Source: Neoechinorhynchus agilis (lineage: Eukaryota; Animalia; Acanthocephala). Taken from it: a stretch of 33,000 nucleotides of DNA. The notes under the pieces were generated by a model. That model did no database searches. It worked only from the letters and a program-made list of their open reading frames with translations, and was not told where the DNA came from. The stretch is from contig CM121341.1 in assembly GCA_051530055.1 (NCBI GenBank), positions 17,710,784-17,743,783 of the forward strand, written 5' to 3'. A program made the position numbers and the translations under genes. Shown piece after piece: positions 21,848-33,000 of this stretch; positions within the stretch are counted from its first letter, which is position 1; every line of letters begins with the position of its first letter.

Positions 21848-24800
21848 TTATTTATTTTCGCTTTCCTCATCCGTTAGACAAACATCGATTAACCTAAAAG
21901 TAATCTGATAAAATCGACTTTAAAATCGATTAAGTTTATTACCGTTTTCGTAACTGCTTAATTTCAAGGGCCTGCTCCTTTAGAGTTTCCTTCATGCTAT
22001 TTACTTCCTCTTGCTTCGCGGCAGCAACGTTGTTGACGGCATTCATCCACATTGTCTTGTATTCATCACAGTTTTTTGCAACCATAATAAGATCTCTTTC
22101 CAGCTGAGCCTTGAAATTTCGGTCAAGTTTTTTAAATTGGCGATTTTGCACATACGTTCTCGGAGTCGGTTAATGAAATCTCCTTACGAAGTCTGTGAAT
22201 AGTCGATTGCTCTTCATTGTTCACTTCGCTGAGACTACACATCAGTCGCCCGTATTCCACGTCTAGCGCTGCGCTCTAAAAAAACATTCAATTGTTCATT
22301 TCAAAATATCAAAAAATATATGTTAACGGTACTGACTTCAAATTAGTTTTCTGCCGCGAGAAGGTGTTAATGTGATGTCGCATGTATTTAGTTGTTAGGA
22401 CAAGGTTCCACGCAGACAAATTATTCGAAACCCAAATTGCTCAACCCTTAAATAGTTTGGCAAGTTATATCTTATAACCATCATTATGAAAATATAACTT
22501 CAAAGAATATTTATCTTTGTTCACGACTTTCGAGAAGTACGCGAAAACGTGCGATTTTAAATACAAAATTGTTTTTTATCAAATCTTAATGGTGGAATTT
22601 TTTAACATAGACTTAAAAGAATAAAACGCTACAATGTTGACGCTACAGCGTTTCCCGGAATCTTAGAAACTCACTTTGTCATTTTCCGCGGTGATTTCCG
22701 ATTTTAATTTTTCTTCCTTTGTCCTTGTTAAAATTCAGGAAAAGTGAATTGATCACTAAACTTACTTATTTTTTATTTCAGTTTCTTTTATTTTATTTGT
22801 CAAATGCTCTTTGCTTTCCTCTAAAGCACGCAACCTGTTGCTCATTTTTCTATCGATTATTTCTTGTTTGCAACGTATTTCAATCTCCTTCAGTTCAATT
22901 TCATGCTCACGTTGTTCAATATTAGCTAAGCGCTCTTCGAATTGCTTTTTTAGTGACTCAACTTCAAGTATCTAAAAATGAGACATCATAGGCGAAACCT
23001 GGATTCTCTCGAAACAAACCTTCTTTTTTAATTGTGCTGCCAATTGGACTTGTTTTTGTTTAAATTCACCAGTAAGTTCCATTAGCCGTTTAGCTTCTCT
23101 TTCACGGATCTTAGAGTATTTGCAGAAAATTAGCAAATCAGTTCGATACATCGTTGCACTTGCGTAAAAACTATTTTAAATTTTAAAAGTTCTACTAAAT
23201 GTTCAGTAAAACCGCTTAATTTTTACTCTATTCGACTTATTTACATCACGAAATTTCCAATTAACAGAATTTGCTCCAACGTACAGTTTTTTCTAAATTC
23301 ATTGAATGATCATTTGCATTTGAACTCGCAATCAAATCCACCGATTTTGACTTTTCCTCGGCGTGAAAAGGACCGCAATCTTTAAGCCACAATTCAATTT
23401 CAATATAATCTCCGTTAGTGGCCCTGAAGGTACCAGGATAAAACATTTTGACGAAATTCTTACATACCCATTTAAATAGCATTTTTGACGACACATAAAG
23501 GTATCATCTTCTTGCTAAAAACAAACCTAAACAAAAACAAAATCGGCGCCAAGATAACCCTGGAGCTTTCATCTAGGACGGTAGCCATATTGACAGGACA
23601 AATCGATACTATGTTACATTTGCCTTCGTGCTCTGCAATCACTTCAATCATTAACTTATCACTAACGAAATCGGGAGCTAAATTTTATAAGAGTGTTAAA
23701 AGTTTACCTTACAAATTTCGACCTTAAAGTAGAGAGTGAAACAACAAATTTATAGATGGTAAAACAATCAGTAAGATTGATGATGGGATTATTCAAAAAT
23801 ATCGGTTCTTGGGTTCGGATTGAATTTATGTTTCCAAGAAGTGGGTAGCAGTACCTTCAAAATAAATGCGATTTTAGTCGATAGCAGATGAAAATTTGGT
23901 GTTAAAATGCACTTCATGAGAAGGAAAGCGACACAATCGAGGATAAACTAACATATTTTTTAATTCGACGAAACCATTATCGCTTACAGTTGATATTAGA
24001 TTTTTAACTTTTTAATAAACTGTTTACATTTAAATTTGTATGCTTCGCAATAAAAATTTGTATTTTCGAATTCACCTTGATAGCAGCATTTGAAAACATT
24101 TCTGTATTTAAAATAACGAGCGATTTAGTTAATACCTGAGATGTATATAAGATGTGTTGCAATTAAAATTTAAATCGCTGTACAGAAAATGTAGCACTCC
24201 GCTTCAATCTTTATCAATAAAAAAATTTGAGAAACTAAACAAATGAATATGTATTGATTCTTAGAGGAACGAAAAACATGAGTTAAATCTGGATTTACGA
24301 GCTATAACATATAATTTTTAAAGACAAATAATTTTAGTTATATTGTCTAAAATGTATGATTGATTATGTTTGTCAACACATTGTAGCAATAATTTTGCAA
24401 CCATTCAGGTCGCCGATAGGTAATAACGTTGGTAAAAGAAAAAGATCGGATTTCCATAATTCACATTTTAAGGTCAGCATATCATCAGGGATATTGATTC
24501 GAAAGGAAAATTAGGAAACATTTGGATATATGGCATCATTCAAAATTTAAAACACATCTATTAAATGAGCCTATTTCTAAAATTTAAAAATCGAAAAGCA
24601 AATAATAAAATTAATACCCTCGTTGTTGAGATCCTAAATGAAACAGTGATTTCATAGTAACTGACCTTAAATATATCCCTGCTAGGGAATCAACCTCTTC
24701 GCATAATCTGTTCAACTGCATACTCATAAACTGCACCCGAAGCTTAAAATTGTGAAAATTACCAAGAGCATTTGCAAAGTTAGGAAGCACATTCTTATTC

Positions 24801-27120
24801 TATTAGAAATCTCTATTAAGAATTAAACAAAATATTTAATACCTCGCATCTCTTCGTTGCAACTTTTGATTCTACAATCTCGATTTCTCTGAGGAAAGTT
24901 AGCTCTATTAAAGTATCCGCAAGGGGCTTCCGTTTAAGTTCACCGAGATTTATTCCGATTGGTTGTATCTAAAGCCAAACGTGAAGATTCAGTTCAGTTT
25001 TATGCAAAGGCGCACAAACAGGATTCTCTGCTTGTTTTGCAAAAGTTTTTGATTCCCTACCCTCGCCAATTTCGGTAAGAAGTCTATCCAACATACCGCC
25101 ATCAATATTGAATCCTACGAGCCCAACTACTTTTGTATCGCGAGTGAGCGTAACCTAGTAATTAAGTTCTGAATTTAAAGCGGGACTCGATACAAATACG
25201 TACCTTGGCGACAAAGTCATGGCGTTTCTCGCTATTGGTCAAAAATTCTTTGAAGGAAGTAGCATTCGTTCGTATGACAACTCCGACTCTTTCCGACATA
25301 TCCACAAAGCCATCTTTGTCAACTTTAAGAATTTCTGAACATGCTGTTTGACCGAGCAAAGAATATATGAAGTGGAATTCGTTGTTTCCAGTCGATGACA
25401 CAAACTGCACTTATTTTCATTGTTAATACGGTAATAAAAATGATAGTATACTAAACTGCATTTAGATTTTTTGCGTTGAACAGTGTGAACGCCAATTCAA
25501 ATTCCAGCCTGGCTTTCGATTTTTGACCAATCAGAAAGCACTCTTCTTTCTCGAGATATATTGCGTACGTATTGTGGCGATTGATCTCATCTGATGAAGT
25601 GCTCACGACTAAAAAAGTTTGATTTTTGAAACCGTAGCATGTCTTTGGATTATTCTGGGTTGTAGCACCATAATTTCTGTGCAAGAGTATAAAATCTTGG
25701 ACTACCAACTCAGTGGATATACGATTTCTGAGATAACATTCGACCTCGAGAATGAATTGCATTCTAAAATCGTGATTCCTGCCTCCTCATTTGTATTAGC
25801 AAGTATACAATATTCAATTAGTTTTAAAATTAAATGTTAATGATCGTCGATTTTTATGTGATTTAGCATTAATATATTCAAATTTGAAGAAAGATAGCAC
25901 ATAAAGTAATTATCGATCAATAAAAAATTCTTTAGCGGCGCTTATATTCGCGTGACAGAGAAAGTCTATTCGAATTAAAATCGGTAAAAATAATAGTTTG
26001 ATAAATTTTACTGAATCACGTTTTACAAATTTTTATTAAGTACTCCACCTAACCGCTCAGTCCTCTAAATGCGAATTGATTCGGAGGAAAGAACAGAAAA
26101 CAAAAATTACAAATTAACCAACCAAAATCAAATAAATAAAAATCAACTAACCGACCAAAAAACAATTTTACCACAAAAACGAAACGACGTTTAAGATCTG
26201 TTTGGACATCAAAATTTAAACTATCATGAACCGGATGAAAGACCCAACCTCAAACCTAACAATCTCCCCTGCGAATTTGGCTGTTTGTGAGTACCCAAGG
26301 ATACATGGGTCCTTTTCTGTGTTAACTAACAACTAAAACGTGTTATTTTATAGCAATCTTCAGCTTTTTAAATTAATAAGTGTCGCTGATTATTATTCTA
26401 AAGATTTTCTCAAGTTTAATACAGAAAAATAAGCTAATGTCCGGACTTCATCATAAAACTATATTTTAGACTTCAAACGACGTAAGTGGCTCTTTTGCTA
26501 TTTGGAAATCCAATAAGACGTTAAAGCTCAAAGAAGGAGCTTTTCTGTAAAACGTATGAGCATTAAGCTCAACTCACGTGTATTTTTGCGTATTTCATGA
26601 CACCGCAAACTCATCTGAATCATTGGTTCATACTTTGAAGGCATTGGCATGAGAAGAGGATACCATCGTGATTTCTAAAATGATTTAGAAGCGAATATTT
26701 GAAAAACTGGTACCACTGACAATTCTGTCCGTAGACATCATTCGTAGATCGAGCATGACGTATCCAATAATTTCCTTCTTTATTTTTATTGAAAAGAAAT
26801 TTACCTGATTTGAGTGGAGATTCCAATGACAAGAAATGCATTTGCTTACTTTCATGTATATCCTATTTGATTTCATTTCACTGATATCCTTTCCACTGAT
26901 CTCCCATACAAGTTCGTGTTCTAACTCAGGGCACTCCCCAAGAGGAAAGCTGTTAGTGGACTTTTTAATCCCTGCCAATGTTGCTTCTGCAAATATGCCA
27001 TATCCTGATTTAGCTACGAAATCCTTTCCTACAAAGCATGTTTATTATGCAAGCATCAGCTAAAAACGTTTAACCTCCGCAGAATGTCAGGATTACAGAA
27101 TACCTTCTTGAATTCATCAT
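21848..27120 (-). CDS. CEP120: Centrosomal protein CEP120 (three C2 domains plus coiled coil), multi-exon
   Basis: Start MMNSRRYSVILTFCG|GKDF (cf. [20 protein letters not shown]); C2A ELEHELVWEIS...KEIIGYVMLDLR...RWYPLL; C2B YAIYLEKEECFLIG...EFHFIYSLLG...ERVGVVIR; C2C GIYLR|YCYPLLG...KLMIEVIAE; coiled coil LERDLIMVAKNCDEYKTMWMNAV (cf. [23 protein letters not shown]). Most junctions are 44-50 nt GT-AG introns; two large introns (~26577-25610, ~24667-23853); one junction near 23100-23290 is unresolved. TAA stop at 21850-21848. Confidence 0.92.
26282..26347. repeat. Dispersed ~65-bp repeat, copy B (inside a CEP120 intron)
   Basis: See copy A at 2314-2379. Confidence 0.65.
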
Positions 27121-28488
27121 CTTAAAGCGGAAAGTTGGGCGATCAGGAATGGCAGTTGGGATGCATTTTCATGGTGTCGGTGGAGGTTATCTATGCGTGC
27201 TTCCGATTGTTTAAAAATCGGTGCTGATGCGTATCTCGAAAAGCGTGACGGGCTGGAAGGATTGAAGGGTCCTCCCAACCCCTGACGCACAATGCGCAAG
27301 GTCTACGAGTTACGGATTAAAGCGTCTTCAACATGAACGGAGTATCATTTAGATGCAAAATTAGTCGTGAATGCAAAGGTCTAAAATAGACGTTGGTTTT
27401 CCTATATAAAAAAATTGAGCGTGCAAATGGACTAAAAATATAGGCGACTGTACAATGAATTGAACGAAACATTTTTATCATTGAGCGTAAAACAAAATGC
27501 TATTGGGATTCGAAGATAGTTTACGTTTGAAGTGGAGTAAATAAATAATATAAACCATGTTCCGAACGAAATTAGGGAAGATTATTGCATTAAGGTTTCC
27601 TTTAATCTGTTCAAGTAGCAAAGACTAACCACACGAACGGAGCGTCAGAGGCTTTGGGTGTAAAATGTCCTAACAGTACAAAAAATGGATTGAAAGTGAG
27701 AATGACTATTCTTAAGGACGTGTTGTAAGATAGCGCAACAAAATTGCATTCGAGTAAGACTTACTACCTAAAGTTTTTAAATACATGATTTTAATAAAAT
27801 TTGTTTCTAATGATCACTATTTTACAGCTTTACATAAACAACCAGCGCACAATATCAGATTTCAGCTTCATTCGCTTTAACAATAAGAAATTGTGTGGTT
27901 TTGGCAAACATTCTCGATAATATCGCAGTTGCAATCATTTCAACTTGTTCTACAACCTTTATCCAATGATTGAGTGTATATTTCATTGGCTCCGCGATTG
28001 AAAGTATTTAGCTAAATGATCACTTTAAATCATTTTCGCTTACTGAAAGCATTAGCCAGTATATTTGTCGGTTACATCTTTATTAAACTCTATCGCATTA
28101 CCTGTCAAACGAAGATCCAAATTTATATTTATTCTAAGTTTAAAGGTTTAAAGGTGATTACCTCTATAGCTTCTTGTCATGTGTGTTTGCAAAGCACAAG
28201 AGAAACTATTTGATAAAATCTTTTAGCTACTTAAATGATCAACAAATAACAGCATTTGCTCTGACGAAACCACTATTTTAGCTTCTTTATCCAGAAAAAT
28301 TTTAATTGCTATTTTATTAGAGAATGAAAGCACGATTTATTGTTTAACTTTTATTAGTATATTTAAAACAACGAAAAATATCGATCGTTTAAAAATTACA
28401 CCAATATGAAATATTCTAGATTTTTTAGTTCAAAAGTGGGTTGAAATAGACTTTGTCGATATGTGACAAGGTATCGGGGTATATGATT

Positions 28489-28664
28489 AGACCTATTGGT
28501 TAGATGTTCACCCGGTAAATAATTTTTTTATTAAAAACGTTTCGAACCTCGTCGGGTTCATCATCAGTTCATCACTTGTATTCTAGGACTGATGATGAAC
28601 ATGACGAGGTTCGAAACGTTTTTAATAAAAATTATTTGCCGGGCGAAGATTTAAACAATAAGTC
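28489..28664. mobile_element. Palindromic fold-back / MITE-like element (~176 bp)
   Basis: Left arm 28489-28568 and right arm 28588-28664 are near-perfect reverse complements (e.g. TTATTAAAAACGTTTCGAACCTCGTC / GACGAGGTTCGAAACGTTTTTAATAA; GTTCATCATCAGT / ACTGATGATGAAC) around a ~19-nt loop. A second partial copy at 12053 supports mobility. No TSD evident. Confidence 0.85.
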
Positions 28665-29332
28665 TGAAATGGAGTTTTTGACGAAGTAATTTACTTTTTT
28701 CTATTGCGAAAAAATTCACTCTTGTCTAAAATAATCATATGCGAGAAAACAAACACAACAAAATTATGGCTTTGTACGTATATTTTTGATTTTCTAAGAG
28801 CATACAAAGCAAATTCATGTTTTTAAACTTAAATCTGGATCATCATGTGTATTCACAAGTTTCACTCCATTTTCAGGCGCAAATACGTTCTATAACGTCA
28901 ACAGCCTTGTACCATCTGCATCTTCTTTATTGATGAAGTCGTCAAATTTAGAGAAACAGAATGAGACCCTTGTGAATTTGGATTTTTGCCGTGGGCGAAC
29001 CGGAAATCTCATAAAAGCGACAATACTGCATATAAACACCTATTCACTTATTGTCTCGACCCAATCTATTCCGCCCGTTCCACCACTTCATTAATGGTTA
29101 CTGAAGTTCACCTGGTGGCTGTTTTGCTTATATTTGTGTAGGGGAAGGAAGTCTAATGCTATCCATGAAGAAGCTCGCGCTCTTATTGGCTGCTTTCACC
29201 GAGTGTTCTTCTTTTCGTCTCGCTATTCAACAGAAAGTAAGGCATTTCCGACATGGATTGCGAAACTGAAAATTTGACTTGTAAAGAAGTAAGCCTGCTG
29301 AGTTTCTCTCATTATATATATCGTATCATTGG

Positions 29333-29827
29333 ATGAGGGAGACGCGAATGAGTATCGACGATCTTAAATTTAGTGTTCGCAACATCTTGAATGGAAACTA
29401 CGGCAAACGTTCAAAATCAAATTCTAAACAATTTTTGTCCAGTGATGACTACAACGACGATTCTGCAGCTCAAGATCACTGTAAACCTAGAAAAAGACGC
29501 ATACTGTTCACAAAAAGACAAACCGCCGAGCTTGAACGAGTGTTCGAGACACACAAATATTTGACTGCAAATGAGCGAGAACAATTGGCGAGTGCTATCA
29601 ATTTAACCCCAACCCAGGTTAAAATATGGTTCCAAAACCATCGCTACAAATTGAAACTTTGCAACCAACGGGAACGACATCCACACTTAGAAGGCCAAAA
29701 TGATTATTTGGTTGAAGGACAGTCAAATTCGCACTTTACGATGGCAATGCACAGAGAATTCGAATTGGCTTTTAAAACCGCAATCAATTTCTCCTGGATG
29801 CACAGAAATAGCCATGATAAAATGTAA
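29333..29827 (+). CDS. NKX2: NK2-class homeobox transcription factor (NK2.1/NK2.2 group), intronless
   Basis: eh1/TN-like motif FSVRNIL near the N-terminus; homeodomain [56 protein letters not shown] with the NK2-diagnostic Tyr54 (HRYK). Confidence 0.95.
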   Translation: MRETRMSIDDLKFSVRNILNGNYGKRSKSNSKQFLSSDDYNDDSAAQDHCKPRKRRILFTKRQTAELERVFETHKYLTANEREQLASAINLTPTQVKIWFQNHRYKLKLCNQRERHPHLEGQNDYLVEGQSNSHFTMAMHREFELAFKTAINFSWMHRNSHDKM

Positions 29828-30162
29828 TCAAATGCTCGTAGATATTGAATAAATCAAGTGCACTTCTAAGAGTAAAAATGAAAGAAATTCCACTGCTTTG
29901 AAACTCGCTGATTATTCTCATAGGCTCAAATGTTATTCAGTACAGTTTCATAACCACTATGAATTTTACGGACGAATCACTTTAAATTATGAATCAAGTT
30001 ACTATTTATTATTTTTAAAAGTCCGACTCAAACATTTGAATCCGAAATTACATACAGTATCTCATGAGTTCCTAAATAAAATCGGATCGCTTTTTACTAC
30101 GCCCACAAACTCAATTTCGAAAAGTTTGTGAGTCGTCTCTAATTCAAAAGCTCAGAAGCGAA

Positions 30163-30550
30163 TAATTTTTTCAGTGTTTTAATTGTGACTTTTTTCACGG
30201 CTGATAAGGCCACACTTAAAACACTGAAAAAATTACCAGCTAGCGGACTTTAAGAAATGAAGGGGCAGAGTTTGTACATTTAAAAGCTCCTGATCCCAGT
30301 TTGAGTCAAAGGATTCGAATCCGTTACCGCTGATGATGCACAACCAAGAGGGACGAACTGCCGCTGAAGGTAGGAACCTCACGGAGGTATCTGAGGATCC
30401 AGAGGGATGTACAAACTCACAACCGTGTGGTTCAGGGTATTACGGGTATTACGGGTATTTTATGCGCTTCCTTGACCGAGATTAGTGCCCTGTGCTAAAG
30501 GAAAAATTATCAGCCGTTAAAAAGGCCGCACTTAAAACAATGAAAAAGGA
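30163..30550. mobile_element. Non-autonomous inverted-repeat (MITE-like) element, ~390 bp
   Basis: 30163-30207 is the imperfect reverse complement of 30507-30550 (~44 bp); extra arm copy at 30211-30235; internal 12-bp inverted pair GAGTTTGTACAT (30268) / ATGTACAAACTC (30407); GGGTATTAC tandem at 30435-30461. Interior is GC-richer than the flanks. Confidence 0.6.
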
Positions 30551-30689
30551 TTCTCTGATATACTTTTATGTAGTTACTGATATGAATGGGTTTCAACGAG
30601 TATCCGACAATTCTGTACCTTCTTGAATGTACCTAAAATCCTCAAAGTCATATCTTTTTCGCATTTTAAATTCAAAGATCTCTTTTTAT

Positions 30690-31230
30690 TCTCGAACAGT
30701 CCTTGCAAAAATACCTTTATCTTATTCCGTCTTCAAAATTATTAAATGCTTCCGAAAGTTAGTCAAACAATATTTTATATCCGGATCTACTTTAGTTTCT
30801 TAGCTGTCGGTTTTCCGTTTGGTTTCTTTGCTTTCACAGTGACGCCTTGTCATCCATGTCATCTATTGCTAATTCTCAATCATTGTATTTTGCATCCATC
30901 ACATTATTTCCTTATTTGCCTTTCATCTCTTCTCGGCTTGTTCGCGTTTGCTTTTGCACCACAATAAGACTTCTACTGTCGCCTTTTCCATCTACCCACC
31001 AAGCCACCTGCGTCAGATGCGGTTGCAAAGTTGCAAATTCTAGCATTATCAACCTTGAGTCACAATGAAAGACAGCCTCAAATAAATATCCTTGATCTTT
31101 GACAACAATGTGAGTGTTCATATAGAAGGCAATGTCACGTATGGTACGTTTCACCTACATGCTAAGGAAACTATTCTCCAGACCTTTTGAACGATGTTAC
31201 ACTAAATTGTAAGTAAATGGTGGTGATTTT
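30690..31230 (-). mobile_element. Decayed L1/Tx1-type ORF2 fragment (end of APE endonuclease plus linker)
   Basis: One frame with several stops: SPPFTY...RSKGLENSFLS...THIVVKDQGYLFE...WWVDGKGDSRSLIVVQK...DDKASL...SRSG...RYF, resembling the PxFTY / SRLDxFL / SDH / GPGYWK / WWDxxK / KA.G..IRSR / KYF succession of L1-Tx1 ORF2. By eye only. Confidence 0.4.
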
Positions 31231-32547
31231 GAAAATGTCGATAGCACTTTACAAGCTAATCGTTAACTCCCGATATATTAAAGCTTTATTTCGTGTAACA
31301 CTTACCACTATACTCACGAACATCCAGTTCTGATTGTGTTAGATGTTTCAATCGCATTCAGACAAGTAGTACTTAATAAAGTGATTGTGGCCTTTCGTAG
31401 ATAAATGATGTTCCTTGTAGTTGATAAAAATCTTTTGAGTTTCCATTTGGAATTATACACGACTGTTAATGCTTACTACGAAAATGAACGCTGTTTTTAG
31501 CTAGAAACCTTTTCACACGGTAATTTTTGCTCTTTGGAAATCTACAGAACGTCCTTTTGCGTCTCACAGTGAACTTAATGTCAACAGCGGCAGTATGCCG
31601 TCGAACGTGGCTCAAGAGAAAACAGCGGAATGTTTCCATTACCTCTACACGACTCGAGTTGTGGAGTGCTACAGGAAACGCTACCTTTTAAAAAAAGTAG
31701 TTTCCTACCATATAACAATTGAGCCAGTTGGTTCGGATTTATTGAATTAGTGATTCCAAACAATTAAGTCAAATGTGCAATATTCGTCTATTTGTCGAGG
31801 AGTTGAGAGAAAGGTTATGGGTAAAGAACCTGCAGCTTTTTGGCTCGAAGGATTCGGAAAGCCCCATTGTGTTGTTTTTGCGTTTATAACATTTAAGAAA
31901 TACCTTTCCGGCAAATGCATATTGAGGAGCCTCAATGCAATTTGATTTCCATGTCTATAAAGTAAGAACCAAATGTTTTCCTTTTGATTAAGGTAAAACA
32001 TTTGGGGATGATAATTTTTACTGAATTAAATTTTCTCTATCGCTTCAATCTCATTTGCAGATCCTTGGTTATAAAGGACAGATTATTATGTTAATTGCAT
32101 TTGAATAAAAATATTCCGACTTCAAGAATGCTCAAAAATATTTTGAAAAACCAGCCTGAGCAATCCAGAATCATGAATCAAAAATGCTTACTTTAACTAT
32201 ACTTTTCATCATCACGAGGAAATTTGAATAACAGATAACCGTGAACAATGAAATTCTATTACATAAAATGGCAGGAATAATGGAAAATTTTCATATTAAT
32301 CTCAAATCGCGCACTACAGTTGATGCATGCAAAAGATTAAGTTTTTGAATTATGTACAAAAGTTCTCAGTATAAATTGGATGGAAGCAGTTAATCGCTTT
32401 GTTTTATGTTTCCAACATTTTGCAAACTTTGACATCGCGACGCGTACATATAAAACACTTGTGAGTTGTCTAAGGCGCGACGAGTCACTTATTTTGCTCT
32501 TCAAATTTTTACAATTACATTTACTGTGAGTTTTCTTGTAGATTTTC

Positions 32548-33000
32548 ACACGGGCCAAATGAAAAGCGGTGGAAAGAAGAGAACAACGGTCGTTCAAGGG
32601 TCCACCCGAAAGTTCCTGATATCCCAAGCATCCGAATCAGAAGACGCAGCGAATTCAATACCGGAATCTAGGCCGATACCGCTTTCGCGGTTAAATGACG
32701 CACCAGAATATAGAGAACGGCACACATTAGCTCAGTGACTCTCAAATAGCTTCCTTCTTCCCCTGAGAACCACATTGAGAATCCAAGGCGTGTGGTCGAC
32801 GGTTGGTAAGAATTTAAACCGGAAAGGATTTTTAGTACAAGGGAGAGATAGTGGACAAAAGTCGTCCAAGACAATGCAGACCGTCACTCAGCGAACCCGT
32901 AGGCGTAAGGTTTACAGTATTGACTGTTCTGCGAACGAAATGAGACTCGTCTTCACTGAGCCGCTTGAAGAGTGCGACCAAAAACAAACAGATATTGCGG
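32548..33000 (+). CDS. Possible 5' part of an unidentified gene running off the right edge
   Basis: GC-richer block; frame from ATG 32548 continues past one TGA (32736-32738) and a 30-nt GTAAG...TTTAG intron-like segment (32806-32835) into an open frame to 33000. No homology recognised; strand and structure uncertain. Confidence 0.25.

Noticed and set aside
25610-25762. Possible extra, duplicated C2B-like segment at the start of ORF 25451-25762
   Set aside because: The real homology starts at YAIYLEKEECFLIG after a phase-compatible TTTTTAG acceptor; the upstream open stretch is most simply intron.
26255-26272. Copia-like polypurine tract plus TGTTAG LTR start on minus (AGGGGAGATTGTTAG)
   Set aside because: No second LTR, primer-binding site or pol remnant nearby; could be chance.
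26675-26720. Apparent frameshift in CEP120 C2A (ORF 26620-26841 offers QWYQFF)
   Set aside because: A 46-nt GTCAGT...TTTTAG intron joins STDRI to KSRWYPLL, a better match; no frameshift is needed.
30311-30322. tRNA B-box-like GGATTCGAATCC
   Set aside because: No cloverleaf and no properly spaced A box on either strand; treated as a palindrome inside the inverted-repeat element.
31581-32001. Possible LINE ORF1 with a CRC.H..HC knuckle upstream of the L1-like fragment
   Set aside because: Cys/His spacing does not fit a CCHC knuckle and the similarity is too weak.
5726-32738. Alternative genetic code suggested by in-frame stops (5726, 10497, 32736)
   Set aside because: TAA, TAG and TGA all serve as terminal stops of good genes here, and long conserved exons contain no internal stops.
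1-33000. CRISPR arrays, rRNA, prokaryotic operons or defence systems; most 60-100 aa track ORFs
   Set aside because: No regularly spaced repeats or rRNA-like sequence; the DNA is intron-containing eukaryotic, and most short ORFs are antisense or off-frame shadows of exons, introns or decayed elements.

Overview
AT-rich, gene-dense eukaryotic (metazoan) DNA with many very short GT-AG introns (mostly about 35-55 nt) and strongly diverged proteins; not prokaryotic, and no CRISPR array, rRNA or convincing tRNA was found. From left to right: an intronless cadherin-repeat gene (minus strand, runs off the left edge); a single-ORF fusion of a redox-dead thioredoxin-like domain to a barrier-to-autointegration factor (BAF) domain, head-to-head with a multi-exon polycystin-2 (TRPP)-like channel; a histidine acid phosphatase; two tandem paralogous Cys-rich cell-surface/secreted genes separated by decayed non-LTR retrotransposon fragments; a multi-exon CEP120 orthologue; an intronless NK2-class homeobox gene; several inverted-repeat (MITE-like) elements; and further decayed LINE sequence. 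The most novel-looking items are the thioredoxin-like/BAF fusion, the paralogous receptor-like pair (one with a frameshift possibly rescued by a new 37-nt intron, one apparently lacking a membrane anchor), and a stop-containing 45-nt insertion in the PKD2-like gene. All homology calls are by-eye comparison with remembered family sequences; no database search was run.
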